A stretch of 64,000 bases of DNA from Spirochaetota bacterium (GTDB taxonomy: Bacteria; Spirochaetota; UBA4802; UBA5550), in the NCBI GenBank assembly GCA_963664815.2, contig CAXXHB010000003.1, positions 416,001 to 480,000 on the forward strand. The letters are read 5' to 3'. Below are positions 38,442-48,173 of this stretch, piece by piece. The notes beneath the pieces are model-generated. The model had not been told where the DNA came from, did not search any database, and saw only the letters and a list, made by a program, of their open reading frames with translations. How positions within the stretch are numbered: the stretch's first letter is position 1; each line of letters opens with the position of its first letter. Position numbers and translations under genes: made by a program.

Positions 38442-40149
38442 TTGCCTGTTGATTAATCAAAGTATTAATTGACAGGCAGGAAATTATAAACCATGATGAA
38501 AATATCAAAGGTATGGAGATTATACATGGCAAAGTATAAACCTATAGAGAGGGGGCAAGGATATTTTTTAACAATATATCCGGAAGAAATATTTGATGAT
38601 AATTCAATAGAGAAGGTAATTGATAGATTCATAGATGAATATGTTGATACAAAACCATTTGATAAAAAATATAAGAATGATACGGTAGGGCAAAAGGCGA
38701 TAGAGCCCTCGGCAAAATTGAAAGTAATTTTATATGGATTAAGCCAGGGGATAGAGTCGATGAGAAAGATCGAGAGAATGCTTAATCGCAATCATCCCGG
38801 ATTTTTATTTTTAAGCGGCGGCAGATCAATAGATTATTCGACACTTTGCCGTTTTCTTAACGATTTTCCAGATCAGATTCCAGTTATCTTTGCCCGTTTA
38901 TTATATATACTTGAAGAATTAAATCTGATAGACTGGCGCAGAATAATGATAGACGGTACAAAGATAAGCAGTAATGCCAGTAAAGAATTTACACGAGACA
39001 AGGAAGGTTTCGATAAGAAGCTAAAACATTATGAGAACCTATCCGCGAAACTTTTAGCGAGAGCAAAATACATATCAGAGTTAAAAGATAAGGACGAAAT
39101 AAGCGAAGAAGAATTAAATAAAGAGAAAGATCTGATAGAAAAGCAGAAAAATAAATATGACCAGATCATGATGAAAATAAAGTCATATGAGGATGAGGTC
39201 AAAGAGGAAAGAATCACACCTGAAACAAAAGTGAACTTAACCGATAGTGAGAGTAAGCTTCTTAAAAAGGATGAAAGCTATATTCAGGGATATAACGTGC
39301 AGGCGGCATTTTGCAGCAACGACATACTTCTTTCAATAGAGGCCACATCTAAAGAAAGCGATATAAGCCTGCTTTCAGATATGGTAGAAAAAGTAGAAGT
39401 TGCTAAAGAAAGCAATGCAGTTAAATGTGAAAGTGAGTATTTATTAGACAAAGGTTATTTCAACATTACACAGATGAGTGAATTAATTCAGGAAGGTAAA
39501 GATTTATATATAGCACCCCCATTACATTTTACAGAGAGCTGGTTTATAAAGGGAGAACATCATGTACAACAAGAAGAAGATGGAGTATATTTTTTCTGCA
39601 AAGGTAAACGTAAGAAAAAGGGGAGATTAGAAAAATCTGACAATAAGTACAAATTCACATTGAGCCGTAATTTTTGTGTAGGATGTGAGCATTATTCATC
39701 ATGCTGGAAAGATAAGGATAGAAATAAGAGCAGAGTCTTTACGGTATCAAAAACCTATGTTGATAACAAAGAACTCTGGTTCAAATATAGAGATCGAATG
39801 CAAAGCGAAGAATGGAAGTATAAATATAACAGGCGTATTGGAAAAGAACACAATTTCTTTGACTTGAAATTCAACAATGGTCTGAGCCGTTTGAATTGGC
39901 GGGGACGAAAGAAATGTAATACTATATCGATTCTGGCCGGCATTACATATAACCTGAAAAAACTTCAGAAGGCAGTAGCGGATATAGGATGGGATGGAAT
40001 TCAATCTGCAGTAGCGTGAGAAGTTGTCGTGGATGGTTTATGCGATGTATATGAAGTCGAAGTAAAATATTTGAATAATTAGAAAGTATAATAAAAATTT
40101 ATAGAAAATTCATACTTCCTGTTTTGAATTTTTATTATTCAACATGCTA
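38442..40149 (+). mobile_element. IS1182-family insertion sequence (1708 bp)
   Basis: Imperfect terminal IRs TTGCCTGTTGATTAATCAAA / rc TAGCATGTTGAATAATAAAA (16/20); inferred 4-bp CCCC target duplication; single transposase; purine-rich, low-GC composition unlike the flanks. Confidence 0.88.
38526..40019 (+). CDS. IS1182-family DDE transposase
   Basis: DUF772-like N-terminus (LKVILYG...SMRKIE...DYSTLCRF), IDGTKISSNAS, NLTDSES, GYNVQ, LDKGY, C-terminal EHNF...YNLKK; ATG 38526 with GGAG RBS. Confidence 0.92.
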   Translation: MAKYKPIERGQGYFLTIYPEEIFDDNSIEKVIDRFIDEYVDTKPFDKKYKNDTVGQKAIEPSAKLKVILYGLSQGIESMRKIERMLNRNHPGFLFLSGGRSIDYSTLCRFLNDFPDQIPVIFARLLYILEELNLIDWRRIMIDGTKISSNASKEFTRDKEGFDKKLKHYENLSAKLLARAKYISELKDKDEISEEELNKEKDLIEKQKNKYDQIMMKIKSYEDEVKEERITPETKVNLTDSESKLLKKDESYIQGYNVQAAFCSNDILLSIEATSKESDISLLSDMVEKVEVAKESNAVKCESEYLLDKGYFNITQMSELIQEGKDLYIAPPLHFTESWFIKGEHHVQQEEDGVYFFCKGKRKKKGRLEKSDNKYKFTLSRNFCVGCEHYSSCWKDKDRNKSRVFTVSKTYVDNKELWFKYRDRMQSEEWKYKYNRRIGKEHNFFDLKFNNGLSRLNWRGRKKCNTISILAGITYNLKKLQKAVADIGWDGIQSAVA

Positions 40150-40264
40150 CCCCCGGAGGGGGCAAAGATAGTCTTGCCCCCTCCGGGGGTGCGGGGGCTG
40201 TTAAGTACCGGTAGCTGAGAGTGTATCTAATTGCCAGAGTGCAATGGCGGGGGCTGTTAAGTAC
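40150..40264. repeat. Remainder of the REP hairpin and two inverted GCGGGGGCTGTTAAGTAC units
   Basis: CCCCCGGAGGGGGCAA-N8-TTGCCCCCTCCGGGGGTGCGGGGGCT; 18-mer present twice (~40191 and ~40247). Confidence 0.82.
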
Positions 40265-40400
40265 AGGTTAATTTCCCGGATACTGTATCATCCAGACCGG
40301 GAGAGCGAGAGCAGGGGCTTATATTAAAGGTAGATTTAACAGATTATGTCCCCGGCAGACCATGGTCAGAGCGAAATTCTGGCAAAAGTCAGTTAAAAGA

Positions 40401-40426
40401 AACAGGATGCCTTGCGGCATCCTGTT
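40401..40426 (-). terminator. Intrinsic terminator of ACAD 40460-42328
   Basis: AACAGGATGCC-TTGC-GGCATCCTGTT followed by U-rich sequence on the - strand. Confidence 0.8.
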
Positions 40427-40459
40427 CCATGTTCCAGGGTTTTTTGGGAGACTATAAAT

Positions 40460-42328
40460 TTATTCAGCAAGAGCACCGGTAAATAAATGATCAGATGCTT
40501 TCACTGTTGCGCCCTCGTTAAATTTGAGAGACTCGATTCTTCCGAGAATTTTCGGAAATTCGGTTCCAAGATAGAATTGTGATGAAAGAACTCTTCCTGC
40601 ATAGTATGCGGCTTCAGAATTGTCAGCAAAAAGTTTTTCTCTTTCCGCGCCCTTAAGATCCCCTACAAGCGCCTTCATTTTCGGAACTGTTTTCAGCATG
40701 CTCCATATATGACACCATGCAATTGTAGCCATATACATGGTTTCCTGGAAAGGAGTGGCATGCATAAAGATATTGAGGAACTGACCCTTTGCCATCTGCC
40801 CTTTAAGCATTTCGACTATTCCATCAAGCTCGATTATTGCCTTTGTGAAAAGATCAAGATACTTGTCTTCAACAATACCTTTAGCACTGGCAACCACTTC
40901 ATCCATTCTTTTCCTGAGGGCTTTGTAGTTATACTGGTCTTTGTTCATGAGAGTTTTTCTCATCATAAGGTCCATAGACTGGATACCATTGGTTCCTTCA
41001 TATATGGCAAGGATTTTTGAATCACACATGTATCTTGCTATAGGATAGTCTTTACAGAATCCGTATCCGCCGTATGCCTGCATTGCGGTTGAAGTAATCT
41101 CAACACCTTTATCTGTACATCCCGCTTTGCAGATAGGGACAAGGATTTCAAGCAGCGCAGTGGCTTCTTTTCTGACTGCTTCGTCGGGATCTTTTTCAAG
41201 ATCCTGCTGCATATAGAGGAAATAAAGGAGTATTCTCTGACCCTCAAGGTGAGATTTCATCCAGAGAAGCATTCTTTTAATGTCCGGGTGTTTGCTTATT
41301 GATACAAGAGGAGCATCGGGATTAAGCATCTGGGTTACGTCAACACCCTGCAGCCTGTTTTTTGTATATGTTACAGCGTGCATATATGCTGCGGAGGCGT
41401 TTCCCTGCCCCTGCATTGAAACGCCTATACGGGCTTCGTTCATCATCTGGAACATGATCTTCATTCCCTGACGCTCCTGTCCAAGGAGATAACCGATACA
41501 GTTCCCGCTATCTCCGAAAGCAAGCTGGGATGTTGACTGTCCGTGCAGACCCATCTTATGTTCAATTCCGGTGCATACCACGTCATTAAATTCACCCTTT
41601 GTGCCGTCAGGTTTGAGGCGGTATTTGGGTACTATAAAAATAGATACTCCCTTGGTGCCTTTAGGGTCCCCTTCGATTCTTGCAAGAACCGGGTGTACCA
41701 TGTTGTCATAATAATCGTTTTCACCGGAAGAGATGAATATTTTCTGGCCGGTAATTTTGTACGTGCCGTCAGGCTGTTTTACAGCTTTGGTTTTAAGGTT
41801 ACCAACGTCAGAACCTGCATCAGGTTCTGTAAGGCACATCGTTCCGCCCCATTCCCCCGTCATAATCTTGTCGGCAAAGAGCTTTATCTGCTCTTCAGTC
41901 CCGTAGTTGAAATAAAGTTCCATCGCTCCATGAGAAAGCCCCGGATACATTCCAAGGCAGTAGTTTGCCGCACAGAGATATTCAGCTGTACCTGCTGCTA
42001 CGCCGTAAGGCATCCCCATTCCGCCATGTTCTACCTTGTCGCTGATTCCCATGAATCCAGCCTCATAAAAAGCATCAAGCGCCGGGTGGTAGCATTCAGG
42101 AATTTTAACAGCTTTTGTTACCGGATCCCATTTCGCTCCGTTTTTGTCCCCCTCGTCAGCTGTCGGATAAAGAACATCAACTGAAAGCTGCTCAGCCAGA
42201 TCGATTGTAGCTTCAAAGGTATCTTTGTCAAAATCAGCATATTCAGGATACTTTGTGAGCTTATCGACTTCTAGCAGTTCAAATAAGACAAATTTTACGT
42301 CCCTGGTGTCAATCAATGGATTAAGCAT
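40460..42328 (-). CDS. Large acyl-CoA dehydrogenase, close paralog of 34743-36614
   Basis: GTMCLTEPDAGSD, GQKIFISSG, MFQMMNEAR, IYEGTNGIQ. Confidence 0.94.
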   Translation of the reverse strand: MLNPLIDTRDVKFVLFELLEVDKLTKYPEYADFDKDTFEATIDLAEQLSVDVLYPTADEGDKNGAKWDPVTKAVKIPECYHPALDAFYEAGFMGISDKVEHGGMGMPYGVAAGTAEYLCAANYCLGMYPGLSHGAMELYFNYGTEEQIKLFADKIMTGEWGGTMCLTEPDAGSDVGNLKTKAVKQPDGTYKITGQKIFISSGENDYYDNMVHPVLARIEGDPKGTKGVSIFIVPKYRLKPDGTKGEFNDVVCTGIEHKMGLHGQSTSQLAFGDSGNCIGYLLGQERQGMKIMFQMMNEARIGVSMQGQGNASAAYMHAVTYTKNRLQGVDVTQMLNPDAPLVSISKHPDIKRMLLWMKSHLEGQRILLYFLYMQQDLEKDPDEAVRKEATALLEILVPICKAGCTDKGVEITSTAMQAYGGYGFCKDYPIARYMCDSKILAIYEGTNGIQSMDLMMRKTLMNKDQYNYKALRKRMDEVVASAKGIVEDKYLDLFTKAIIELDGIVEMLKGQMAKGQFLNIFMHATPFQETMYMATIAWCHIWSMLKTVPKMKALVGDLKGAEREKLFADNSEAAYYAGRVLSSQFYLGTEFPKILGRIESLKFNEGATVKASDHLFTGALAE

Positions 42329-42868
42329 GTGAGCCTCCCTATTTATTATATATATATTTGCGTGCGGCAGGGATTCCCATTTAAAGAGATGCAGTTACAT
42401 ATATTTGAGTAAGAGCATTCATAATCCCCCCGCCGTAAAAATAAATCCTGATAGAGGTTTTGTTAAATCAGCTGTTGTTTTGCCGATAATCCGGATGAAA
42501 AAGGCATAATTCAGCAGTGAATATCCCCTGGAATACTCCCCTGACTTAAAAAAAGACAAAACAATACCCGCCGCCGTTTTTGACGGTATTTTTTATAAAC
42601 TACCTATAAAAATTTTAATTAACGAAGACTAAGCTATTTTATCATGAAACTGTAATTACTATAACAGGGGCTAAATTAATTGCAACAATTTTTTAGTTAA
42701 ACTTTGAATATAATTAATTATTTTAACATTATGTAAAAAGAATGTCATTAAAACCGGGTTTTATTAATCGCCTACCGGAATTAATGACATATTGCCAGAT
42801 TTACATCGTGGATATACTATAGGTAATATTATTAACGAAAAACACTTTATTATTCACATCTAACATTA

Positions 42869-43639
42869 TTACTTGCCCCGGAACGAAGGTTTTCTTTTTT
42901 CAATAAAAGCTGTAACACCCTCTTTCATATCTTCCGTTCCAAACAGCTCCGCCAGTTCCTCCCGTTCCATTTTCAGATGACGTTCCGGTGATAATCCGTG
43001 ACCTGCCGATACAATTTTAAGCAATGCCCTGACTGCCAGAGGTGGGCGCGTAATAAGTTCATTTGCAAAAGCAAGAGCATCCTCAATGAGTTTTTCATCT
43101 TCACAGAGACGATCCGCAATTCCGAGTGACAGCGCCTGCTCTGCATCGAACTGTTTCCCGAGAATCATATATTCCAGCGCTTTTGACCTTCCGATAAGAC
43201 GCGGCAGCCTGAGTGTGCCTCCGTATCCGGGAATGATCCCGAGGTTGGTCTCGGTAAGACCTATCCTTGCGCCTTTTTTGATGAACCTGAAGTGGCAGGC
43301 AAGGGCAAGTTCGCATCCGCCGCCGAGAGCCGGGCCGTTTATCGCTGCTATGACCGGTTTGGGAAAATCTTCAATCTTGTTCCACAGATCCTGTCCACGT
43401 TTCAGGAAGTCAACAGGGCTGAAATCTCCATACCCCCCTGCGAGATCCGCTCCTGCGCAGAAAGCCGTATTGCCGGTGCCTGTTATAATTAAAGCGCGGA
43501 CATCATAGCCCTGTTCGTTGGCATCGAGAATCTTTCTCATCTCCTGGAAAACAGGCTCGCTGAGCTGGTTTGCCTTCGGCCTGTTTATGGATATTATTCC
43601 AACCTCACCTCTCTTTTCAAATAAAACCGATTCGGACAT
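42869..43639 (-). CDS. Enoyl-CoA hydratase (crotonase)
   Basis: FCAGADL, KPVIAAINGPALGGGCE, LTETNLGIIPGYGG (both catalytic Glu present). Confidence 0.94.
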   Translation of the reverse strand: MSESVLFEKRGEVGIISINRPKANQLSEPVFQEMRKILDANEQGYDVRALIITGTGNTAFCAGADLAGGYGDFSPVDFLKRGQDLWNKIEDFPKPVIAAINGPALGGGCELALACHFRFIKKGARIGLTETNLGIIPGYGGTLRLPRLIGRSKALEYMILGKQFDAEQALSLGIADRLCEDEKLIEDALAFANELITRPPLAVRALLKIVSAGHGLSPERHLKMEREELAELFGTEDMKEGVTAFIEKRKPSFRGK

Positions 43640-43686
43640 ACTTACCCCTCCTTTTTTAAATTAACATGATTTATCTATGTCTAAAC

Positions 43687-43812
43687 TCAATAATAATTCC
43701 GGAAATTGTTTATAATATAAAATGCTCCAGTCTAATCGCCGCCAAAAGCGGCGGCGAGATTTAAACGTTTATTTTATACTGAAATAAATGTTAAGGAATT
43801 AATGTTGGTTTA
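43687..43812. repeat. Dispersed ~125-bp element, copy C
   Basis: Matches copies A and B; hairpin TCGCCGCC...GGCGGCGA. Confidence 0.72.
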
Positions 43813-44029
43813 ATAATATCATTGTGTACATCACCAGGATGAAGTCATTAACCTGAGTTAATATTTTTATCCCCGCAATATTGGATTTTATAAAACATGC
43901 CGGATATCCCGGATCAATCCGGGCTGAGGGTTTCATGGGAAAGCTGGATTTTATTGAAAAACTGATAAAGATGATACTTTAATTTATTTAAATTCAGATT
44001 ATATTCAATGAAGAATATAAAATCATAAC

Positions 44030-46198
44030 CTACTTCAGCACCTTATATTGTCCGGAAATCCAGTTTTTCAGATCCGATGCATACCATCGTGAAAATCTTC
44101 TGTCGGATGCGCCACCAGGCAGGTTGGTATGGATTTCGTGGCTGGCCATGTCGGTGATCATACGGTATGCCGGGCTGTCTGTGCTGGTACGGCCTCCATT
44201 CTTGAATATCTGGCCCTGAAGAACTGTAGATCTTGATCCCGGAAGGGAGAACGGCCCGCGGTCGAACCCCAGGAATGCCGGAAGTTTACCGTCAAAGAAG
44301 ATCTGGTTGAATTTCAGCCGCCTGGTTTCTCCGTATGGCCTTGCTGCTGCGGAGAGGCCCAGCTCAATCGCCTCTTTGAATACTTCATCTCTCTCCTTCC
44401 CTGAAAGCCATGAGGAGTTTTTCTTCATAAGAATAGAATCGAAATTTCCGTAATAATCCGAAAATACCGGGGTTTCATCCAGAATGTAACCGAGCACTTC
44501 CATGCCGATACCATTGCGGCCGAATACCGACTCAAGGAGCTGCCGGTAGACAGATTCGAAGAGTGTCGCTCCGTGCGAATCATCGGTATAAATACAGTCC
44601 CATTCCCGCAGTATATTTCCGTTCGGGGTGTCGGGTAACAGAGGGCGTATCACCTTCATAAGCAGTTCGGCCTGTATTGAATAGAGATCATACTGAATTT
44701 TTTTCATGGAGGAGACGCTCTGTTTTCTGTTTTTTTCAAGCAATTGTCTTATTCTTTCAGCCCTGTATGAGGCCATAGAGAGGTTGATAACCTTGGCTTT
44801 TCCTAAATGGTTCAGGTCGTTATTGGCAGTCACTATAATCCCTTCACGGGGGTTGTACAGCGAAGGGAGATCCATGCTTTTAATGAATCCGTTTCCATCA
44901 TGCCGGCTTTCCCATGCCGGCAGAGGGATAAGTCCGCTCACATGGGGGGGGCGTTTAAATGCCCGTCCGCACATCTGGTATCCTGTATTACCATCGATAT
45001 CTGCAAATACGAAATTCCAGGATCCTGCAGTCATATCCCTGCAAAGAGCCATTGCCTCACGGACCGTTCCGGCTTCCAGTAATCCCCGGTAGCCGTTAAA
45101 ATCATCCCATCCGCAATCCCTGGCAGCGCTCCATTTCATAACGAGATAAAAACCGTCCTGGCCGGGATCCCCCTCAAGAACTCCATGTTCATTTTCGTAA
45201 TAAGTATCGGTTATTGTATCTTTCCCTTTTATTTTTATCTTCTCTTCCCTTATATTGAAGCTTTGCCAGCCGTCCCGCCTTCTGAACTTGCCGGCTTTGC
45301 ACTCCTCGATACGGTAATCAACCATATCCATATAGGCATAGGTAATCCCCCATGCGATTTTTGAGGTTCGCCCTATAACAATATTCGGCGAACCTGGAAG
45401 TCCCGAACCGAGTATTGTGTTTCCCGGAAGGTGCAGAACCGTCTCATACCAGAGTGGTGGAACCCTGTTTACCTCAACATGCGGGTCGCTGCAGAGTATC
45501 GGTTTTCCCGATTCAGTATGCTTCCCGGACACAACCCAGTTGTTGCTACCTTTAAACCGGGGAAGCTTCCATAGCCATTTAAGGACGGAGGGGATGACAG
45601 GCGCCTGGAGAGTCACTTTGCCTATCATTTTGTAATCTATTTTTTCACTGATATAGGGGAATAATTCCTTCAGTTTTTTTTCATCAGCACCATTCTGAAT
45701 CATCTGAATTATCAGTTTTTCAGCATTAAGCTGTGCATCGGACAGTCCCAGAAAGCCCAATACCTTGGACGAAAGAAGTATATCCTTCAGAGTAAGAGGT
45801 TCCGGTTTATAACTGAGGAGTCTGAATTCAAAAACAGTTCCTTTGCGCGTAAGGCGCATGTTGAAACCGGCAATGTAGGAGTCAAGCCATTCCCTCGTTT
45901 CAGGGAGGAGACCTGCTATCACAGTCTCAGGATCCGGGAGGAAGTTGATTCTTCTGATGAAACGGTCGTAATCAATCAGCTCCTGGTCTCCCATAAGCAT
46001 TTCCGACATACGACCCTGGACAAGAAGCCGCGTCAGCAGCACCTGAAGCTGGCGGTCTGTGGCGTGCATGTATCCCTGCCCGAATGCGGCCTCTGCCGGA
46101 GTATTGGCGGTAATTTCCGGAATGCCATGCTCATTGCGTTTAATTCTGACTTTTCCATGCGGACCTTCGAGGATGATTTCCCTGTTTTTCAATCCCAT
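44030..46198 (-). CDS. Penicillin acylase family Ntn-hydrolase
   Basis: GSNNWVVSG (N-terminal nucleophile Ser), SDPH, TANN; no signal peptide. Confidence 0.92.
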   Translation of the reverse strand: MGLKNREIILEGPHGKVRIKRNEHGIPEITANTPAEAAFGQGYMHATDRQLQVLLTRLLVQGRMSEMLMGDQELIDYDRFIRRINFLPDPETVIAGLLPETREWLDSYIAGFNMRLTRKGTVFEFRLLSYKPEPLTLKDILLSSKVLGFLGLSDAQLNAEKLIIQMIQNGADEKKLKELFPYISEKIDYKMIGKVTLQAPVIPSVLKWLWKLPRFKGSNNWVVSGKHTESGKPILCSDPHVEVNRVPPLWYETVLHLPGNTILGSGLPGSPNIVIGRTSKIAWGITYAYMDMVDYRIEECKAGKFRRRDGWQSFNIREEKIKIKGKDTITDTYYENEHGVLEGDPGQDGFYLVMKWSAARDCGWDDFNGYRGLLEAGTVREAMALCRDMTAGSWNFVFADIDGNTGYQMCGRAFKRPPHVSGLIPLPAWESRHDGNGFIKSMDLPSLYNPREGIIVTANNDLNHLGKAKVINLSMASYRAERIRQLLEKNRKQSVSSMKKIQYDLYSIQAELLMKVIRPLLPDTPNGNILREWDCIYTDDSHGATLFESVYRQLLESVFGRNGIGMEVLGYILDETPVFSDYYGNFDSILMKKNSSWLSGKERDEVFKEAIELGLSAAARPYGETRRLKFNQIFFDGKLPAFLGFDRGPFSLPGSRSTVLQGQIFKNGGRTSTDSPAYRMITDMASHEIHTNLPGGASDRRFSRWYASDLKNWISGQYKVLK

Positions 46199-46262
46199 AT
46201 AGATATCTCCATATATATACAGACAGATAGTTATAAAAAAAATTCAAGACCTTTTTTCACGT

Positions 46263-47273
46263 TTATAATCTTATCTCCAGAATCCGGGCCATGGCTGCAA
46301 CAGCAGCTTTAATTGTGTCGCGGGCAAAGTCTGTATCGAGTCTGGAAATATCATCAACTTTGCCGTTGTTGCAGTGATAGCTGGTATTGCGGTAATTTAT
46401 AGTATCCCCGATCATCATGGCAGAATATCCCTGCTCCCAGAAGGCAGCGTGATCTGACCTCCTGAATTCATGATTATTAATGATATTTCTGCTGATTTTA
46501 AGTGTTACAACGGGAAGGCCTGTGATATCTGCGAAACCTGTATAGATGTCAGCGTATCTCTTTGCATCTTCATTTACAGTCAGGCAGATAAAATCACCGC
46601 GGTTTCGGTTTTCTGCAATTTTTTTCATTTCAAGGGGAAATATCGCTTTCATACCGGCAGGGAATCTTTGTGATCCCGGTTCTGACGAGCGGTAACCTAT
46701 CATCTCAAAAACCATTGACAGAACAATATTGCTCCCTTCACGCCTTGACCTGGCAGCAAATGCCCTCGATCCATGCAATCCTCTGGGGCTCTTCAATCCC
46801 TTCTCCTCTTCATCCCAGAGCGCAATTATCAATGTTCTGTTGTATCTGGCTTTGACAAGCACCCGTGCGGCCTCAAGAGCCCCTGCAACTCCGCTTGCGT
46901 TGTCGTCTGCACCGGGGCAGCCGGCATTTCTGCTGTCATAATGGGCCGAGAGAATTACAGATTCCCCGGAATTGCCGGCGCCGTCAATCCGGCCTATTAC
47001 GTTTATGCCGGTTCCATATGAATCAAGTTCCACTTTGAAACCAAGTTCAGCAAGACGCCGGGCGCATAATTCCTGTACCATCTTATGTCCGGGAGACTTG
47101 AGGGTTCTGTCTGTTGCTATAACGGAGAGATCTTCGGAATAACGCGGGCCGTCCACGTAAGCCATAAGAGTCTCCGGTGTTTCGGTTTTCGCCTTAGATG
47201 AACTTTTGTCTGCCGGGCATTTCAGGGAAGGAATTAAAAACAGCATTATCATTACATAAAATATTTTATTCAA
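46263..47273 (-). CDS. Secreted M28-family peptidase
   Basis: SAHYDS, GADDNASG, DEEE, EMIG, RSDH, YH. Confidence 0.92.
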   Translation of the reverse strand: MNKIFYVMIMLFLIPSLKCPADKSSSKAKTETPETLMAYVDGPRYSEDLSVIATDRTLKSPGHKMVQELCARRLAELGFKVELDSYGTGINVIGRIDGAGNSGESVILSAHYDSRNAGCPGADDNASGVAGALEAARVLVKARYNRTLIIALWDEEEKGLKSPRGLHGSRAFAARSRREGSNIVLSMVFEMIGYRSSEPGSQRFPAGMKAIFPLEMKKIAENRNRGDFICLTVNEDAKRYADIYTGFADITGLPVVTLKISRNIINNHEFRRSDHAAFWEQGYSAMMIGDTINYRNTSYHCNNGKVDDISRLDTDFARDTIKAAVAAMARILEIRL

Positions 47274-47570
47274 AGTGACCTCAATATATAAAAACCTGTG
47301 CGTGTTATTTTTAGTTTCAATATTATTCAGATATGATTTATATATTTAAAATATGCAGGCAACAGAGTGTCAACCATATTGCTGGTACGGAAATACACTT
47401 TAAAACAGTGTAATAAAAATTTATTAATTGATTCTCACAAGTAACAGGTTTTCAGATTCACAATATTTTTTAATCTTCCGGATGACATCTGTATGTACCG
47501 GAGAAAGGTTTAATCCCGGTAAGTACCAGCTTTCTTCTGCCATTCATTATTTTTTTCTCCGGCCGGTTTA

Positions 47571-47610
47571 AATGATAAAAAGAATCCCGGGCGGGATCCT
47601 TTTTATCATT
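47571..47610. terminator. Terminator
   Basis: AATGATAAAAAGAATCCC-GGGC-GGGATCCTTTTTATCATT. Confidence 0.8.
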
Positions 47611-47615
47611 AAATT

Positions 47616-47855
47616 TTACTTCAGGTGCTTTTTGGCTGCTTTCGGGCAGTTGTTCATCAGGGCGCCTTTTGCGCTCAAATCGTTGACTTTCTTATACCCT
47701 TCATATAACATACTGATCTGGTTCATCGGGAGCGCTTTATTTTCAGCATAACAGTCATCTACAAAGCTTTCCAGTTTTTCCTGTGAAGATGAACATCCGG
47801 CCAGCAGGGTGAATACCAGGCATATAAGGCCAATAAACAAAGATATCTGTTTCAT
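47616..47855 (-). CDS. Small hypothetical lipoprotein
   Basis: Lipobox LAGC, two further Cys, GGAG RBS, own terminator. Confidence 0.75.
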   Translation of the reverse strand: MKQISLFIGLICLVFTLLAGCSSSQEKLESFVDDCYAENKALPMNQISMLYEGYKKVNDLSAKGALMNNCPKAAKKHLK

Positions 47856-48173
47856 ATAAAACTCCATTTTGTTATTTATTCAGACTGTAAGTGCTGAAAT
47901 ATCCCCTGTCAAGATTAAATTTATAAAAGCAATTGTTAAAAAATTTAACCCGCACAGGCTATCCTGAATAATCAGGGATTCGGATTTCATATCGGCTACT
48001 GGTGTCTATCAAAGTCACTTTCCTGAATCTACAGCAGCAATTAACCTTCTCATCAATTTGTGAGTCAGTGTAAATAAACATAGTAAACACATATATAATT
48101 TTTTAATTTACAGATAATGCTTCAGCTGAGTAAAGATAGCTTATTGTTAATAATATATCTGATGGTGTAAATT

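Noticed and set aside
43908-43923. CCCGGATCAATCCGGG hairpin as a separate element
   Set aside because: Single short palindrome; cannot tell a REP remnant from a terminator
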